A model generated the notes under the pieces. It did not search any database. It was not told the DNA's origin and worked only from the letters and a program-made list of their open reading frames with translations. A DNA stretch of 36,483 nucleotides from a bacterium. Its GTDB lineage: Bacteria; Pseudomonadota; Gammaproteobacteria; Burkholderiales; Burkholderiaceae_C. Of the stretch, positions 35,843 to 36,483 are shown piece after piece. Numbering within the stretch: the stretch's first letter is position 1; every line of letters starts with the position of its first letter. The stretch spans positions 1 to 36,483 of the forward strand of contig JANOVJ010000392.1 of the NCBI GenBank assembly GCA_031417295.1, given 5' to 3'. Made by a program: the position numbers and the translations under genes.

Positions 35843-36483
35843 ACGTGGCAAACGTGGTGACGACAACGGCCGACTTCCTGTCCATTCGCGGCGTCTCGCG
35901 CAGCTTCGCCTCGACCACCCGCGGTGGCGCGCCGACGGTGGCTTTGCAGGCCACCGATCTGGCCGTGGCCGAGAACGATTTCGTCACCATTCTCGGCCCC
36001 TCGGGCTGCGGCAAGAGCACGCTGTTGCGGATCGTGGCCGGGCTCGACCGGCAAACTTCGGGCGAGGTGCTGCTCGAAGGCCAGCGCATCGCCGGCCCCG
36101 GCGCCGAGCGCGGCATGGTGTTCCAGAGCTACACCCTGTTCCCGTGGCTGACGGTGCGCGACAACGTCTGCTTCGGCCTGCGCGAGCGCGGCCTGCCGCG
36201 GGCGCAGCAGCTCGAAGTGGCGGGCGAGTTCCTGGCCAAGGTCGGCCTGCGCGGTTTCGAGAACCACTTTCCGAAGCAGTTGTCGGGCGGCATGCAGCAG
36301 CGCGTGGCGATTGCCCGGGCGCTCGCCAACGGCCCGCGCATGCTGCTGATGGACGAGCCCTTCGGCGCCCTCGACCATCAGACCCGCGAGCTGATGCAGG
36401 AACTGCTGCTCGGCATATGGGAGGCCGAGAAGAAGACCGTGCTCTTCGTCACTCACGACATCGACGAGGCGGTGTTCATGGGC
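35839..36483 (+). CDS. ABC transporter ATP-binding protein, 3'-partial (runs off the window)
   Basis: My own translation from ATG 35839, which overlaps the permease stop (ATGA). Walker [11 protein letters not shown]-loop MVFQSY, signature LSGGMQQR, Walker B LLLMDEPF, H-loop VTHD. It is not in the track because there is no stop in the window. Confidence 0.9.
   Translation, partial: MNVANVVTTTADFLSIRGVSRSFASTTRGGAPTVALQATDLAVAENDFVTILGPSGCGKSTLLRIVAGLDRQTSGEVLLEGQRIAGPGAERGMVFQSYTLFPWLTVRDNVCFGLRERGLPRAQQLEVAGEFLAKVGLRGFENHFPKQLSGGMQQRVAIARALANGPRMLLMDEPFGALDHQTRELMQELLLGIWEAEKKTVLFVTHDIDEAVFMG

Overview
This is a high-GC proteobacterial chromosomal segment. Its gene content (Bug/TctC binding protein, hutF/hutG-type histidine pathway, GGAGAGGG-type REP hairpins) suggests a betaproteobacterium, which is an inference. 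I call about 40 protein genes and see no rRNA, tRNA, CRISPR array, transposase or integrase. From left to right the window holds: (1) the 5' part of a ligase-associated DEXH helicase and an NhaR-like LysR regulator on the minus strand. (2) HPF/RaiA-like, BI-1/YccA, TerB and TerC genes on the plus strand. (3) A small toxin-antitoxin islet: a RES-Xre pair, EthD, a single-ORF DUF433::PIN-like fusion, and DUF429. (4) An S10 carboxypeptidase, a TctC-type binding protein, a DMT transporter and DUF808. (5) A five-gene bacteriophytochrome phosphorelay (RR, BphP, RR, REC-HK-REC-REC hybrid kinase, RR) with no visible output domain. (6) An uncharacterised DUF6236-like membrane-tailed protein. (7) An asparaginase-II family gene tightly followed by a DUF3095 protein that carries class-III-cyclase-like metal-binding motifs. 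(8) A TylF-type methyltransferase. (9) A complete five-step histidine-utilisation regulon: hutC-phyH-hutD-hutI-hutG-[hicA-hicB-antitoxin-parE remnant]-hutF on the minus strand, mostly linked by 4-nt start/stop overlaps, and divergent hutU-hutH plus a NitT/TauT-type ABC importer on the plus strand, with two palindromic HutC-type operators in between. The points most worth follow-up are the PhyH dioxygenase and the two TA loci embedded inside the hut operon, the output-less phytochrome relay whose BphP lacks the conserved pocket His, the asparaginase-II/DUF3095 pair, the DUF6236-like gene and the DUF433::PIN fusion. All family names come from my own reading of motifs and from memory of family consensus sequences; no database search was run.
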